The position numbers were made by a program, and so were the translations under genes. From the NCBI GenBank assembly GCA_030390025.1, contig CM059432.1:24430001-24494000 (forward strand): a DNA stretch of 64,000 bases, read 5' to 3'. This DNA comes from Squalus acanthias (taxonomy: Eukaryota). How positions within the stretch are numbered: position 1 is the first letter of the stretch; every line of letters begins with the position of its first letter. The notes below the pieces were generated by a model that ran no database searches, was not told the DNA's origin, and saw nothing but the letters and a program-made list of their open reading frames with translations. Below are positions 49,806 to 61,791 of this stretch, in pieces.

Positions 49806-50698
49806 GGGGGAGAAATTCAGTATCGCCCCATTTGGGGCGCAATTATTGGCCGGGTGCAAAGATTAGCGCCTGGCGCTAATTATTGCCACCGACTGCAAAC
49901 TTGACTTTTATCGCCCCTGGAGGTGATTGGAGCGCTAAATCAGGCGCTTCACACCTGTCTTAAGGCGCAAAGGCCGAGGAGCGAGGCGCTACCTCAGAGC
50001 GCTGGCGAAGCTTATGTAATGTCAGTCAACAATGGAACACACACACAATGACACGGGCCAATTTTTAAAGGGGATGGTTAATCTTGCTTTCCATCCACAT
50101 CCTGCTCATTGCAGCCTTGAATCTCGGCCTGGAGAGACCTGCACATCAAATCTGCTGGAAAGATCAATGGAGAGTACCAGGCAAAGAGCTCAGAGTGCAG
50201 CCCCCACAATCTCTTCTAAATCGATACAAGGAATGGTAAATCAAAATGAACCTGCAAAGTGCTGCTCAGTACCCAAAACTCCTTCACACAACGTTGAATC
50301 TCTCCAGAAGTCTCTCCCTCTCTCTCTCAGAATGCGTAGTTCAAAAATGGCACCAACAATAAAAGGCAGGAAGCGGTCACCTTTAAATAGCGCTCCCCCT
50401 TTCCCTTCATGACTGCAGAACGCTCCCCTCAACCTGTCGTTGCTAGCGTCAGGCGGTAAGGCAGGGGGCGCCACTCAATATCCGCTCCGGGGCGATACTG
50501 GGGCGTTGCGCACTCGACTGACGTCACGATCTGCCGGCGCAGGAGATCGTGGCGGTAGTGTTTAGCACCGCTGCAAAATGTCTAGTTAATTTCGCGAGCG
50601 GCGCAAACTTCGCCGTGCCTGGGCGCTAGATGCTTTGCGCCCCATTAGCGCCCTCTTAAGGCGCTAACGGGAGGCGCAACCAACTGAATTTTTCCCCC
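49806..50698. mobile_element. Non-autonomous Harbinger N, deletion derivative of the L family
   Basis: 15-bp TIR with 1 mismatch; ATA TSD. Left part matches 31837-32220 and right part matches 35458-35982. Confidence 0.92.
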
Positions 50699-50786
50699 AT
50701 AGTGTATTACCGCAAGTAAAATAAAAGGGTGGGGTGGGTGCCTGAGCTAGTAGGTAGGTAAGATGCACATGATCTAGCCTGGATGT

Positions 50787-50860
50787 TCATAGAGTCAAAA
50801 CATCTTACAGCACAGAAGGAGGCCATTTGGCCCATTGTGCCTGTGTTGAATCTTTGAACG
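50787..50860 (-). mobile_element. CR1 tail fragment
   Basis: atagagtc...tacagcacagaaggaggccatt. Confidence 0.6.
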
Positions 50861-51425
50861 AGCATACTCATAGACTGTAAATAATAAATGGCTTGTATCC
50901 ATAATTGGTAAACACCTCATACCCATTATGTAACAAGTTTTTCAATCTCTCTCTGACTGTGAAGAGTCAGGAATAAAGTAGAATGTCACATCTAGAAAAC
51001 AATCTAGTTTTTGCAACACAAGTTGCAGCTGAGGCATAACCCACCCACCCCCAACCCCGCGATCCCTGCCCCCATAAAGGTGGACTCAAAAAGTGATAAT
51101 GCTGTGGTGTTGGGCTGTTTACACCAAACAAGTTGACCCACAAAAGTGGGGTAGCATACCATGTTTATTATTTTCATGTTATTACACTTATTTCAATTTA
51201 ATTAAATGAATCCGATCATAACTATTGCTCTGTGTGTTTATCTTACTATGGGATGCGGCAACTTCATGGCAGGCTTTAATTGCTATACCCCTTAGGACCA
51301 GTTATCATACAATTAGATATAGGGCAAGGTGAGTCAACACCTTTAAAAATTAAATGCTCAGATTCCTCATGGGAGTGACTGACACCACTGAAGCTGAATT
51401 TTTAACATCTTCAATTGGAACTATT

Positions 51426-52183
51426 GGCCCGTATTTTCCGATCCGAGGCTTCCTGCGTGCGGAGGCCTCCGATCTGGAAAAAATCTACAGACTTACCTGA
51501 GGGCTCCCAAGGTGCGTACACTTCCATTCCTGGGCCTCTCCAATGCAAAATGCGCAGGGCCCATGTATCCCAGAGGCGCATGCAGTTCGCAAGTGTCACT
51601 GGGATCACGTGGGCTATGGGGAGCCAATAGGAGAAGGGAATCTCCCTTCATACACTTGACAGAAAGAACTGTCAAATATATGAATGGAGATCACCCCAAA
51701 AACACTGTAAAACATTAAATATATATTTTTTTTAAATCACATTTTTAAAATGAATTGAAATTACAATAAATTAAATATTTTAAACAAAAATTTAATTTTT
51801 TGAAAAAAATAATTAAAGTTTTATACGGGGCTAAAAATAAACTTACCTTTTTTTAAAGTATTTTAAAATGATAAATGAGTGAAAAATGTTTTAAAAACTT
51901 TTTTCAACTCTTATGTTGGCAAAAGCAGGCCTTACGCCTGCTTTTACCAGGCGTAAGATTTCTAAGGGTTTTCTGCGGGCGGAGGTTCTCCAGAAAGCGG
52001 AACTATCCGCCCGCAGAGGCCCTTCTCCAGGGCAGGTGTCCGATCTGTCAAGAGCATTCTTGACAGATCGGAAATGCCGGTTTTCAGCGCATGCGCTTGG
52101 CATGCCTGAAACCGGCATTTCCGATGTCCCTACGGGTGGGTACAAAGCGCGTACACACCCGTAGGGATCGGAATATCCGGCCC
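51426..52183. mobile_element. Harbinger-like MITE with AT-rich centre
   Basis: 19-bp TIR with 3 mismatches (GGCCCGTATTTTCCGATCC); ATT TSD. Confidence 0.85.
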
Positions 52184-53103
52184 ATTATGTGAAACAAGTC
52201 AATCAGTTAAGGATGAACAAATGCAAGGTTAGATAGATACTCTTGGGTTTTTCTTGATTTAACTTTGAAAGGGAGCAGGAAGTATCTTTAAAGAATCTTT
52301 TCTCAGGGGAGGAAATGGGTTGGATAGAATCCATTGAACAGTTGTACGTGGAAATGCTTGATGGAGACCAATAATCTTTTCTAATTCCATGCATTCTTAT
52401 GTTCTTAAACTCAGCATGTGGGATGCCTACAATACAGCTGCATGTAGAAAACCACTTTCCCAAAAGGATTTTGAAAGAGAAAATCTGTTTTATATTTATA
52501 CAGTTTGCAGAGAAGAAATAATGCTTAAAAATATTCTAACTTGATGTCCCACAAAGTGGTTTTTAGCAGATCATTAAACTTTAGTGAATATTACATGCAT
52601 ACTAATTCATTTTGCACGTGTCCTTCTGAATAATTAATATAGGTATTAAACAGAATCTCTGCAGCCAGATATAATTTCTGCAAATGTATTGTTCTTGAGT
52701 GACACATATTTGTAAAAGGTTAGCAAATGGCTATTGCAAAAAATTACTGAATATTTGCTAAAAATTGGGAACACTTACCTATCCGTACCAGCTTTATGAA
52801 TAGAGATTAGAAATGTACAATGACTACTACAGGAATATTCTTCCGTACACTATTGCACAGCTATTTGTTCTTACCAATCGACTGGTTTCAAAATCCAAGC
52901 TTAGCATCTTCTTGGCTTCTTGGGCTGGATTTTCCTTTGAATTACACCTGCTTTCCGGCAGTTTGGGGACGGTAAAATGGGGCAGTAATGCCGACTGCTT
53001 CAAAACCACTGGTCTAATATTGCACAAGAATTATTTTAACACAAAATATTGCCAGTCTCCTTTAAATCTCATCGAAGACCTGTCCAACTGTACTACTGTA
53101 ATT

Positions 53104-53761
53104 AAGAACATAAGAACATAAGAAATAGGAGCAGGAGTAGGCCATTCGGCCCTTCAAGCCTGTCCACCATTCAATAAGATCCTGGCTGATCTTCTACCTC
53201 ATCTCCACTTTCCTGCACTATCCCCATATTCCTTGATTTCCTTAATATTCAAAAACCTATCGATCTCTGCCTTGAATATACTCAACGACGAAGCCTCCAC
53301 AGCCTTCTGGGGTAGAGAATTCCAAAGATTCACCACCCTCTGAGTGAAGAAATTTCTCTTCATCCCAGTCCTAAATGGCCGATCCCTTATTCTGAGACTG
53401 TGACCCCTGGTTCTAGACTCCCCAGCCAGGGGAAACATCCTCCCTGCATCTACCCTGTCAAGCCCTGTAAGAATTTTGTATGTTTCAATGAGAACACCTC
53501 TCATTCTTCTAACTCTAGAGAATATAGGCCGAGTCTACTCAATCTCTCTTCATAGGACAAGCCTTCCATCCCAGGAACCAGTCTGGTGAACCTTTGTTGC
53601 ACTCCCTCTATGGCAAGTATATCCTTCCTTAGGTAAGGAGACCAAAACTGTACACAATACTCCAGGTGTGGTCTCGCCAGGGCCCTATATAATTGCAGTA
53701 AGATGTCTTTACACTTATAGTCAAATCCTCTTGCAATAAAGGTCAACATACCATTTGCTAC
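53104..53761 (-). mobile_element. CR1 3' fragment
   Basis: ORFs 53199-53504 and 53501-53794; tail at 53104. Confidence 0.92.
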
Positions 53762-55884
53762 CATGGTGAAAGATTGGGGAATGCAGATGCTCAAAGGGAC
53801 CTGGGTGTCCTTCTACATGAGTCACTGAAAGTGAATGTGCAGGTGCAGCAAGCCATTAGGAAGGCAAATGGTAAGCTGGCCTTCATTACAAGAGGATTTG
53901 AATACAGGAGTAATGAAGTCTTACTCCAATTATATAGGGTCTTGGTGAGACCACACCTGGAGTACTATGTACAATTTTGGTCTCCTTACCTAAGGAAGGA
54001 TATACTTGCCATAGAGGGTGTAGGGGGTGTTGTGGTAGGGTCAACTTCACCTCTGACTCAGTGAGCGGTTCGAATCACTCCCACATCCCTGGTTCTAGAC
54101 CTTGGACTTATTTGGGGGTGGTGAACAAAGGTGCAGTAGACAACAGGTTTTGATGAAAGAATTTCGATCTTTATTCAAGAAAGTAAAACACAACACAAAC
54201 ACTCTTAACACTCTAAAGGTGGGGAACACTTCGGTACACGCGAGGGAAATAACATTAGAAGAATACTTCACCCCTCCCAATCCCACTTCACTAGCTAGGT
54301 TGGACTCTGGAGAACCAGGGATAATGCTCACCAAACGAATCCTTGACAGTTGAGAGTTAGGGTTTAGAGTCTTTTGAGTAAAAGGTTTCGTAAGGCCCTT
54401 GTTGCCGCGAGGTCTCCGATGGTCACTGAGGCGGTCGCTCTGGTCTCTTCTTGCGTGTCGGCCTACTTCTGGAGCTGTTGGCTTTCTTTGTTGAACTGCT
54501 TTCTGTTTAAACTGTCTTCTTCCGAGCTGTGGAACTGCCTTCTTGCAGAACTGTGGAAACTGCCTTCTGCCTGCTTGTTGAACTTGAACTGTTTTACTGG
54601 AGAACTGGAGAACTCCCTTCTTATTGAACTGTCTTCTTTAACTGCCCAACTTGCTTCTCCTGAACTCTATAATTCCAGCACTGACTTCTGCTGAAAAACA
54701 AGCTTTCAAATTGAACTCCAAAACTGCAGAACTGCCTTCTGTTGAACTTGAACTGTTGTTACTACTGAAATGCTTGATGGGCCTTCAATTATACTAAATT
54801 GAAGTGGCCTTATCAAAACCAAATCAAATCCCAGTCATTGTAAGACCTCGTTAACAGTAACGACTTTACTAGCGTGTTAACTGGTTTTGTAAATGTGTGA
54901 AGTGGTTTCAGGATACTCCATCCTGTCGATCTGTTGTTTAATCGGAGTTTGAATTGTCCTCATGTTTTGGGTTTCTTGACTGGGCCTAGGACTTCGATCG
55001 AATATTTGCTTTATGCATGTCTTTAATGGGTTCTGTAATCGGTTTGATGGGACCTGTTGTTTTGGGTGGGACTGTCTCCTCCTAGGGTCTATTGTCAAAA
55101 TGTTAATGCTTGCTGGGGTTTGAGTGAGGTCATCCCGATTCCCCAGACAATGCAGTTTAACTGCAATACCCAAAACTGCTTTTGCAGAGGTCGACTCCAA
55201 CTTCCTTCACAGCCTTTTCTCCCTTCACAGGCCCAGACATGCTTTTAAAATGTCAAAACTTGGTTTTTGGTCTTAAATTCCTTATGTTAGGCCCAAATGC
55301 ATTTTTATCACTCTAAGGTAGTTCCAAAGTCCTTTTTCCTTAGGTTTTGGGGATCTGTAAATTTTGGAAACCTTACAGGGAGTGCAATGAAGGTTCACGA
55401 GATTGATTCCTGGTATGGCGGGACTGTCGTATGAGAAGAGATTAAGTAAACTAAGCCTGTATTCTCTTGAATTCAGAAGAATGAGAGGGGATCTCATCGA
55501 AGCATACAAAATTATTACAGGGCTTGATAGGGTGGATGCTGGGTAAATGTTTCCCTTGGCTGGGGAGTCTAGAACCAGGGGCCACAGCCTCAGGATAAAG
55601 GGAGGCCATTCAGGACTGAGATGAGAAGAAATTTCCTCACACAGAGGGTGGTGAATTTTTGGAATTCTCTACCCCAGAGGGCGGTTGAGGCTCAGTCATT
55701 GGGTATATTCAAAACAGAACTCGATAGATTTCTGACAAGTAAGGGCATCAAGGGATATGGCGATAGGGCCGGTGAATGGAGTTGAGGCAGAAGATCAGCC
55801 ATGATCTCATTGAATGGCAGAGCAGGCTCAAAGGGCCAAATGGCCTACTCCTGCTCCTATTTCTTATGTTCTTATGTTCTTATG
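53762..55884 (+). mobile_element. CR1 3' fragment interrupted by a solo LTR
   Basis: KDILAIEG / VQ.RFTRLIPG continues across 54019-55377; tail at 55884. Confidence 0.9.
54019..55377 (-). mobile_element. Probable solo LTR (1359 bp)
   Basis: TGTAGGG...CCTTACA termini; GGG (or AGGG) duplicated; reverse-strand AATAAA near 54170; internal gaactg repeats; no convincing coding content. Confidence 0.75.
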
Positions 55885-56129
55885 CTTTCCTAACTGTAAT
55901 TAATTGGGGTTAAGTAGGTGTATCTAATTCTTGTGACCTATTTTCTGCAATTTCTGCCCAAATTATTACCACTGTTATTTAACTGCATTGAAGAAGCAAT
56001 TTTATTTTCTACAACTGAAAGTTGGCATTTCTTTACCTTCAAATTGATCTGTTTAGTACTTTGGAGGATCTATCAGGACTTTTGCTATTATTTTAGACAG
56101 ATCTGCAATCAGTACAGTTTTGGACTGGG

Positions 56130-56590
56130 AATCTCCCTGTTCCTATGCTATGATAAAGAGGAGGATGAGGAGAATGAAATAGTTTGGAGTGAGACATCAC
56201 AGAAGACATTTGTTCCTGACGCACACATACCACTCACCAGGGTCTACTGAATAAGAATGTCTTACTTAGACTTTTCCAAATGTTAGTGCCTCAGAAACTA
56301 CATTTCTCCTGAGGCTACTGGGGTGATATGTCAACTGTTGGCTGAAAACCCAAAGCCCACTTCCCTCAATAGAACATCATTGTCTGTATGTGTCAAAGTC
56401 AATACTGATTTGAATTTCTTTGTCACTGTATTCTTCAAGACAGCTTCTGGTGACCTTTGCCACAATAGTTAGGCAGCAACTCACCAGTGCATCAAGAAGG
56501 TGATTGAAGTACTATTGAGAGGCCCATGCACTTCATATCCTTCTTGATGGAACCAGAGAAACAATGGCAGAGAAACAAGCCAAGAAGGTA
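56130..56590 (+). pseudogene. Old Harbinger transposase N-terminal remnant
   Basis: RVY.IRMSYLDF...ICQLL...LSVCVKVNTDLNFF...THQCIKKV. Confidence 0.7.
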
Positions 56591-56604
56591 TAAAATTATG
56601 CCTT

Positions 56605-57062
56605 GGTGTCAACCCTGGCTCAGTAGGTAGCACTCTTGCCTTTGAATCAGAAGGTTGTAGGTTCAAGTGCCACTTCAGCCACTTGAACACATAATCCCAG
56701 CTGACACTTCAGTGCAGTACTGAGGGAGTGCTGCGCTGTCGGAGGTTCCGTCTTTCAGATGAGATGTTAAACCGAGGTCTTGCCTGTCCTCTGAGGTGCA
56801 CGTAAAAGATCCCATGGCGCTATTTTGAAGAAGAGCAGGGGATTTCTCCAAGGTGTCCTGGTCAATATTTATCCCTCAACTAACATCACAAAAACAGGTT
56901 ATTTGGTGCTGATCATATTACTGTTTGTGGAACCTTGCTGTGCGTAAATTGGCTGCTACGTTTCTTACATTACAAAAGTGTTTCATTGGCTGTAAAGTGC
57001 TCTGGGACATCCTGAGGTTGTGAAAGGTGCTATATAAATGCGTGTCTCTCTTTCTTTCTTTC
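56605..57062 (+). mobile_element. Full-length DeuSINE
   Basis: A box tggctcagtagg, B box ggttcaagtgc, Deu core, L2-type tail. Confidence 0.88.
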
Positions 57063-57884
57063 CTTTTGGCTGGCTATGTGAGTTGACAGAGTGGTTGTGA
57101 GTTCAGATAGCATTTGAGTGTTTGCAGAAATTGCTGTTTGCATCATTGAGTTTCCCTGCTACGCAGGTGATGACAGAGAAAGACTCTGAGAGATAAGATG
57201 AGCAAAGGCTATATCTGTGGTAGAGGATTTGGATTTGATAACAGTGCCTTGGCTTACCTTGGCTAGCTACTCTGAGAGGACATTGAGGTTTTCCTTACAT
57301 TCTGCAGCAGTTCTTGGAATAGTGAATTTTGAACTGACAGCTTATGCAACCTTCCTTCATACAACCCCTTTCAAGGGGCTTACTGGCTTCAGTGCCCAAC
57401 ACTTGATCCTTTCTTGTTCTGACTTCATCCAACAACGCCTTCCTGAATGCAACAGATAACCTTCCTGTTGCCGAACCCACTTCCCCCAACACTAATGCTC
57501 ATTCAGACACCGTGCACTCTCTGCTGCTCAAAAAACGATGAACCCCTTCACTCTGCTTTCAAAGGCTATATCAGGACTGAATTCCATTCCCCCTTAGCAA
57601 TTGTAACTCTATATTGAGCAGTGCTACTGCTCCAAACCCACTCTACACAGCAAATGATGGCCCTGAGAGGAAAGCTAAGTGGGTTATTAGCAGAGGGTAG
57701 GCGCAGTCCTGCTCTGCTGTTATCCTGTGAACAGGAGGAGAATCCAGCCTATATTGTGTTATGATCATAATGTTGAATGTGTTGGTAATGGTACTTTAAG
57801 AATGTTCTGTGATCATTACATTCTGACTAGATGTTAGTTTGGTATTCTAATGGTTTTGCTTAAATAAACACTAAATAAATTAAA

Positions 57885-58362
57885 GGAACAAGGAGACGGG
57901 TTCACGTACATAAATCTTTGATGGCGGCAGGACAAGTTGATAAGGCTGTTACAAAGCATATGGGATCTGGAACTTTATAAACAGAGGCATAAGTCAAGGA
58001 TGTTATGCCAAACCTGTATAAATCATTGGTTAGGCCTCAGCTGGAGTATTGTGTCCAATTCTTTAGGAAGGATGTCAAGGCCTTGGAGAAAGTGCAATGG
58101 AGATTTATTAGAATGGTATCAGGGATGAGGGACTTCAGTTATGTGGAAAGGCGAGAGAAGCTGGGATTGTGCTCCTTAGAGCAGCGAAGGTTAAGAGTAT
58201 ATTTAATAGAGGTGTTCAATATTATGAAGGGGTTTGATAGAGTTCATAGGGAGAAACTGTTTCCGCTGGCAGGAGGGTCAGTAACCAGATGACACAGATC
58301 TAAAATAATTGACAAAAGAACCGGGGGGAGATAAGAAGACATTTTTTACACAGTGAGTTGTT
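57885..58362 (+). mobile_element. CR1 fragment, cut off at its 3' end
   Basis: LYKSLVRPQLEYCVQF ORF 58005-58292. Confidence 0.85.
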
Positions 58363-58373
58363 ATAGAGTCATA

Positions 58374-58686
58374 GGGCTCGATTTTTTCATTGGGGCGGGC
58401 TGGGGTCGTGTCATCCGCTTTTCGTGTTAGCCACCCGACTCCAATTGGATGTGGGAGAATTATTTGATTTTCCCCAAATTGGGCAATTGAGTTCCAACAT
58501 GTGGGAACCCATGACCCAATTATTTTTTTCAGACTGAAAATCGCCTCTAATGATGTCATCATTGCTGCTGCATTTAAGGTCTGCAAAGATTGGGAACCTT
58601 TTGGCCTTTGCTGTGAGAGGGACCTGGAGGCAAAATGAGCAGCAGGAGACCTAAGTCTGCTCCCAGATTTTTTTTTCACCACCACC

Positions 58687-58719
<33 letters not shown>

Positions 58720-59146
58720 GCTACTACTACTCCAGGCTCCAAACTTCCACAACAATGGTTATGACTGCTAAAGTTCCCCCAGAATGATGATTGATCAAAT
58801 CTCCTTTTTAATGTTGGAGCTGCAGCTGATAGTCAGCAATCCAAGTGAGCTACTGCCAGGTTTCACCGTCGTGTTTCAGAGGAGGCGTGCATCACGTCGG
58901 AAAAGTGTTAAAATCAGAAAGGCCTCTCAAAATGGGATTATAGAGGCAATTAAGTGGTTGTTAAGGGCCTTAAGGGCCTATCCCACCTCTTGGAGGCGGG
59001 ACGGAGACGAGATCAGAAACCACGCATTTGGAAAAATTGCTCGGAGGTGGGATGGAGGTGGGGTTGGGCCCGCCCGCCATTTTTTGCAATTTTAACACCC
59101 CACACGGCTCCATTCCCGCCTCCTCGGGCCTGGCAAAATCGAGCCC
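58374..59146. mobile_element. Non-autonomous Harbinger Q, deletion derivative of the E family
   Basis: TIR GGGCTCGATTTT. Left part matches 11432-11745 and right part matches 15262-15703. Confidence 0.92.
58668..58731. repeat. T run + (ACC)n(ACT)n microsatellite
   Basis: Read directly; lies at the internal deletion junction of Q. Confidence 0.95.
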
Positions 59147-59154
59147 TATGACTC

Positions 59155-59835
59155 AAGTATCCCATATGCTTTTTTAACCACCATATCTACCTGTCCTGCT
59201 GCTTTTAGGGATCTATGTACATGCACACCAAGGTCCCTCTGATCCTCTGTCCTTCCTGGGTCCTACCATTCATTGTGTATTCCCTTGCCTTGTTAGTCCT
59301 CCCAAAATGCATCACCTCACACTTTTCAGGGTTAAATTCCATTTGCCACTGTTCTGCCCATCTGACCAACCCATCTATATCGTCCTGTAGCCTGAGGCTT
59401 CCCTCCTCGCTATTTAGCACTCCACCAATTTTCGTGTCATCTGCGAACTTACTGATCATACCTCCTACATTCATATCTAAATCATGAATGTACACTACAA
59501 ACAGCAAAGGACCCAGCACCGATCCCTGCGATACACCACTGGTCACAGGCTTCCAGTCACAAAAACAACCTTCGACCATCACCCTCTGCCTCCTGCCACT
59601 AAGCCAATTTTGGATCCAATGTGCCAAATTATCCTGGATCCCATGGGCTCTTACCTTCTTGACCAGTCTCCCATGCGGAACTTTGTCAAAAGCCTTACTG
59701 AAGTCCATGTAGACTACATCAACTGCACTACCCTCATCCACACACCTAGTCACCCCCTCGAAAATTCAATCAAATTGGTTAGACATGATCTCCCCCTGAC
59801 AAAGCCATGCTGACTATCCTTGATTAATCCTTGTT
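59155..59835 (-). mobile_element. CR1 RT fragment, same subfamily as 36510-37210
   Basis: ORF 59205-59753 is nearly identical to 36463-37089. Confidence 0.92.
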
Positions 59836-61499
59836 TCTAGTAAGAAAGAGGTTAACAGTTGACTAACCCTTTGATGAGGGGTTTTAGGATCACTCGCGAT
59901 TCATTGGCCTTATTTCTACTGTGATCTTTTGAGTGCAAATTTGTGATCTAAGATGATAATTTTCTATGTCCTTTGTTGGAAATATAGTTAACAAATTTGT
60001 AACTATAATCATGTAGAACCACCAGAAGAATTGGGAAAATAAGCATGCTTTATTTCTCTGAGTAAAGCGATAGAGCTACGAGTAGAAAACTATATGAATT
60101 GGTGCTGACAAAGATGATCATGTCGCTTGACAAGTATTGAACTGAGGGAGGAACAATAGCAGAGGAGTTAAAAAGGAGTGACGGAATGTTAGTAATTGCC
60201 TGAATCTTATAGACTGAGACGGGAGAATTGATGGGGAGTTTCTGTATGGGGCTTGACTTTTAATTGTGTCTGGAAAAGCTTTGGTTTCTCCCTGCTTCCT
60301 CACTGTGCTGAAATTAAGATTCATCGCAGTGCCTCCTACTCTAACTCATTCTTTCCCAGGACCTTATATCTGTAGAATTTCTTGCCTCACTTCCTCTTAT
60401 AATTTCAGGGCTTAGAAACCTCAAGTTTGGCATCACCTAACCATTTCATGTATCTCATCTTCAGTCCTGCTTTAGTTAACCTTGGCGGTGTCCTGCGAAA
60501 TTGATTTCCACCTAGATTTCTCAATTAAAAAAAAAATCACTGAAAAAACCCAAGTAAATAATCTTCCTCCTGATGTGAACTTGCATTTCTTTATTTGTTT
60601 ACTGACCAAATTATAACTGATAACAGCAATTCAACTGCTGTTGTTTTATTCACTGAGCAAACTAGGCAATTGATGACATTGCTTGGGCAAAGTCAATGTC
60701 ATTCTTCATTCACTGGCTAAGTACATATCCAATTGGCAGCAGCAGTTGAGATAAAGTTGTTGTACTTTGTCACTCATTGATTGACAAGGCAGCATATTAC
60801 AGTTGATAGCAGTGGTATGATATAGTCACTTCATTTCTTCATTCAGTGACGCACTAGGTAGTGTGCTACAGTAGTCAAGAGCCTAATAAGATGACAAGTT
60901 ACTGTAGAAACCAGATGGCATCCTATTTTTTTAGGTCTGTAACAATTTCCTGTAGATCTGAAATCGATTTTTTATAGAACAAGTACAGAATATAATGAGA
61001 AAAGAAATGCAACTGTACACAATCTAGACTTTTGAATTGTTCAACATTTACAAGTTCTGTGATAAAATGCTGTCACAAGATAATTGATCATTGGCAATAC
61101 AATATATATTTCTTTTAAAATTATTTAGATATTTATATAGATTTTACTTGGGCTATTTTAATTACATTAGACTGTGTGTCAATATCATGAAAGAGTCATT
61201 GTGAATTAGTTTTTCTATTTTTACAATATAATAGAATGATTTCCTTCATATCACATGTAAAATTGTTTGTCAATTGCTAATGATGAACCTTATAATAGAC
61301 CAATAATGAAATTCATTAGACAGTGATTGTGTAGCACAATGGAATAGAACACCGACTTTGTATCTCTGGATCTGAATTAGAATCCAGCTCAGAATGATGA
61401 GATGAAAAGGCTTCATATACAGCCATTGCATACTGGAAAATCGTGCTCTGGTCGTGATTTTTTGATATGTGCTGGATGTGAAATTTACCCTAATGTCTC

Positions 61500-61770
61500 T
61501 GCCTTGAGTATCCCCTGTCCCTTTGCACAACAATGGCAGCTTTCCCCTAGGCTCTGGAATTCCCTCGGCAAACCTCTCTGCCCCTCCACGTCCCTCTTCT
61601 CCTTTAGGGCCTTCCTTAAAACTCTCCTCTTTGACCAAACATTTGGTCACCCCTCTTAATATCTCCTCTTTGACTTGGTGCCCATGTTTTGATTAAGCCT
61701 CTGCGAAGTGCCTTGAGATGTTTATCCTATAATATAGGCGATATATAAATGGAAGTTGTTGTTGCTGTTG
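61500..61770 (+). mobile_element. L2-type 3' fragment
   Basis: ctctggaattccctc...taggcgatatataaatggaagttgttgtt. Confidence 0.75.
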
Positions 61771-61791
61771 TCATTATCTCACTGACTTTAT

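Noticed and set aside
56605..56680. tRNA gene
   Set aside because: The A and B boxes run straight into a SINE body; this is a SINE head.
60673..60702. Hairpin atgacattg...caatgtcat as a small RNA
   Set aside because: A 9-bp stem is expected by chance, and there are no other RNA features.
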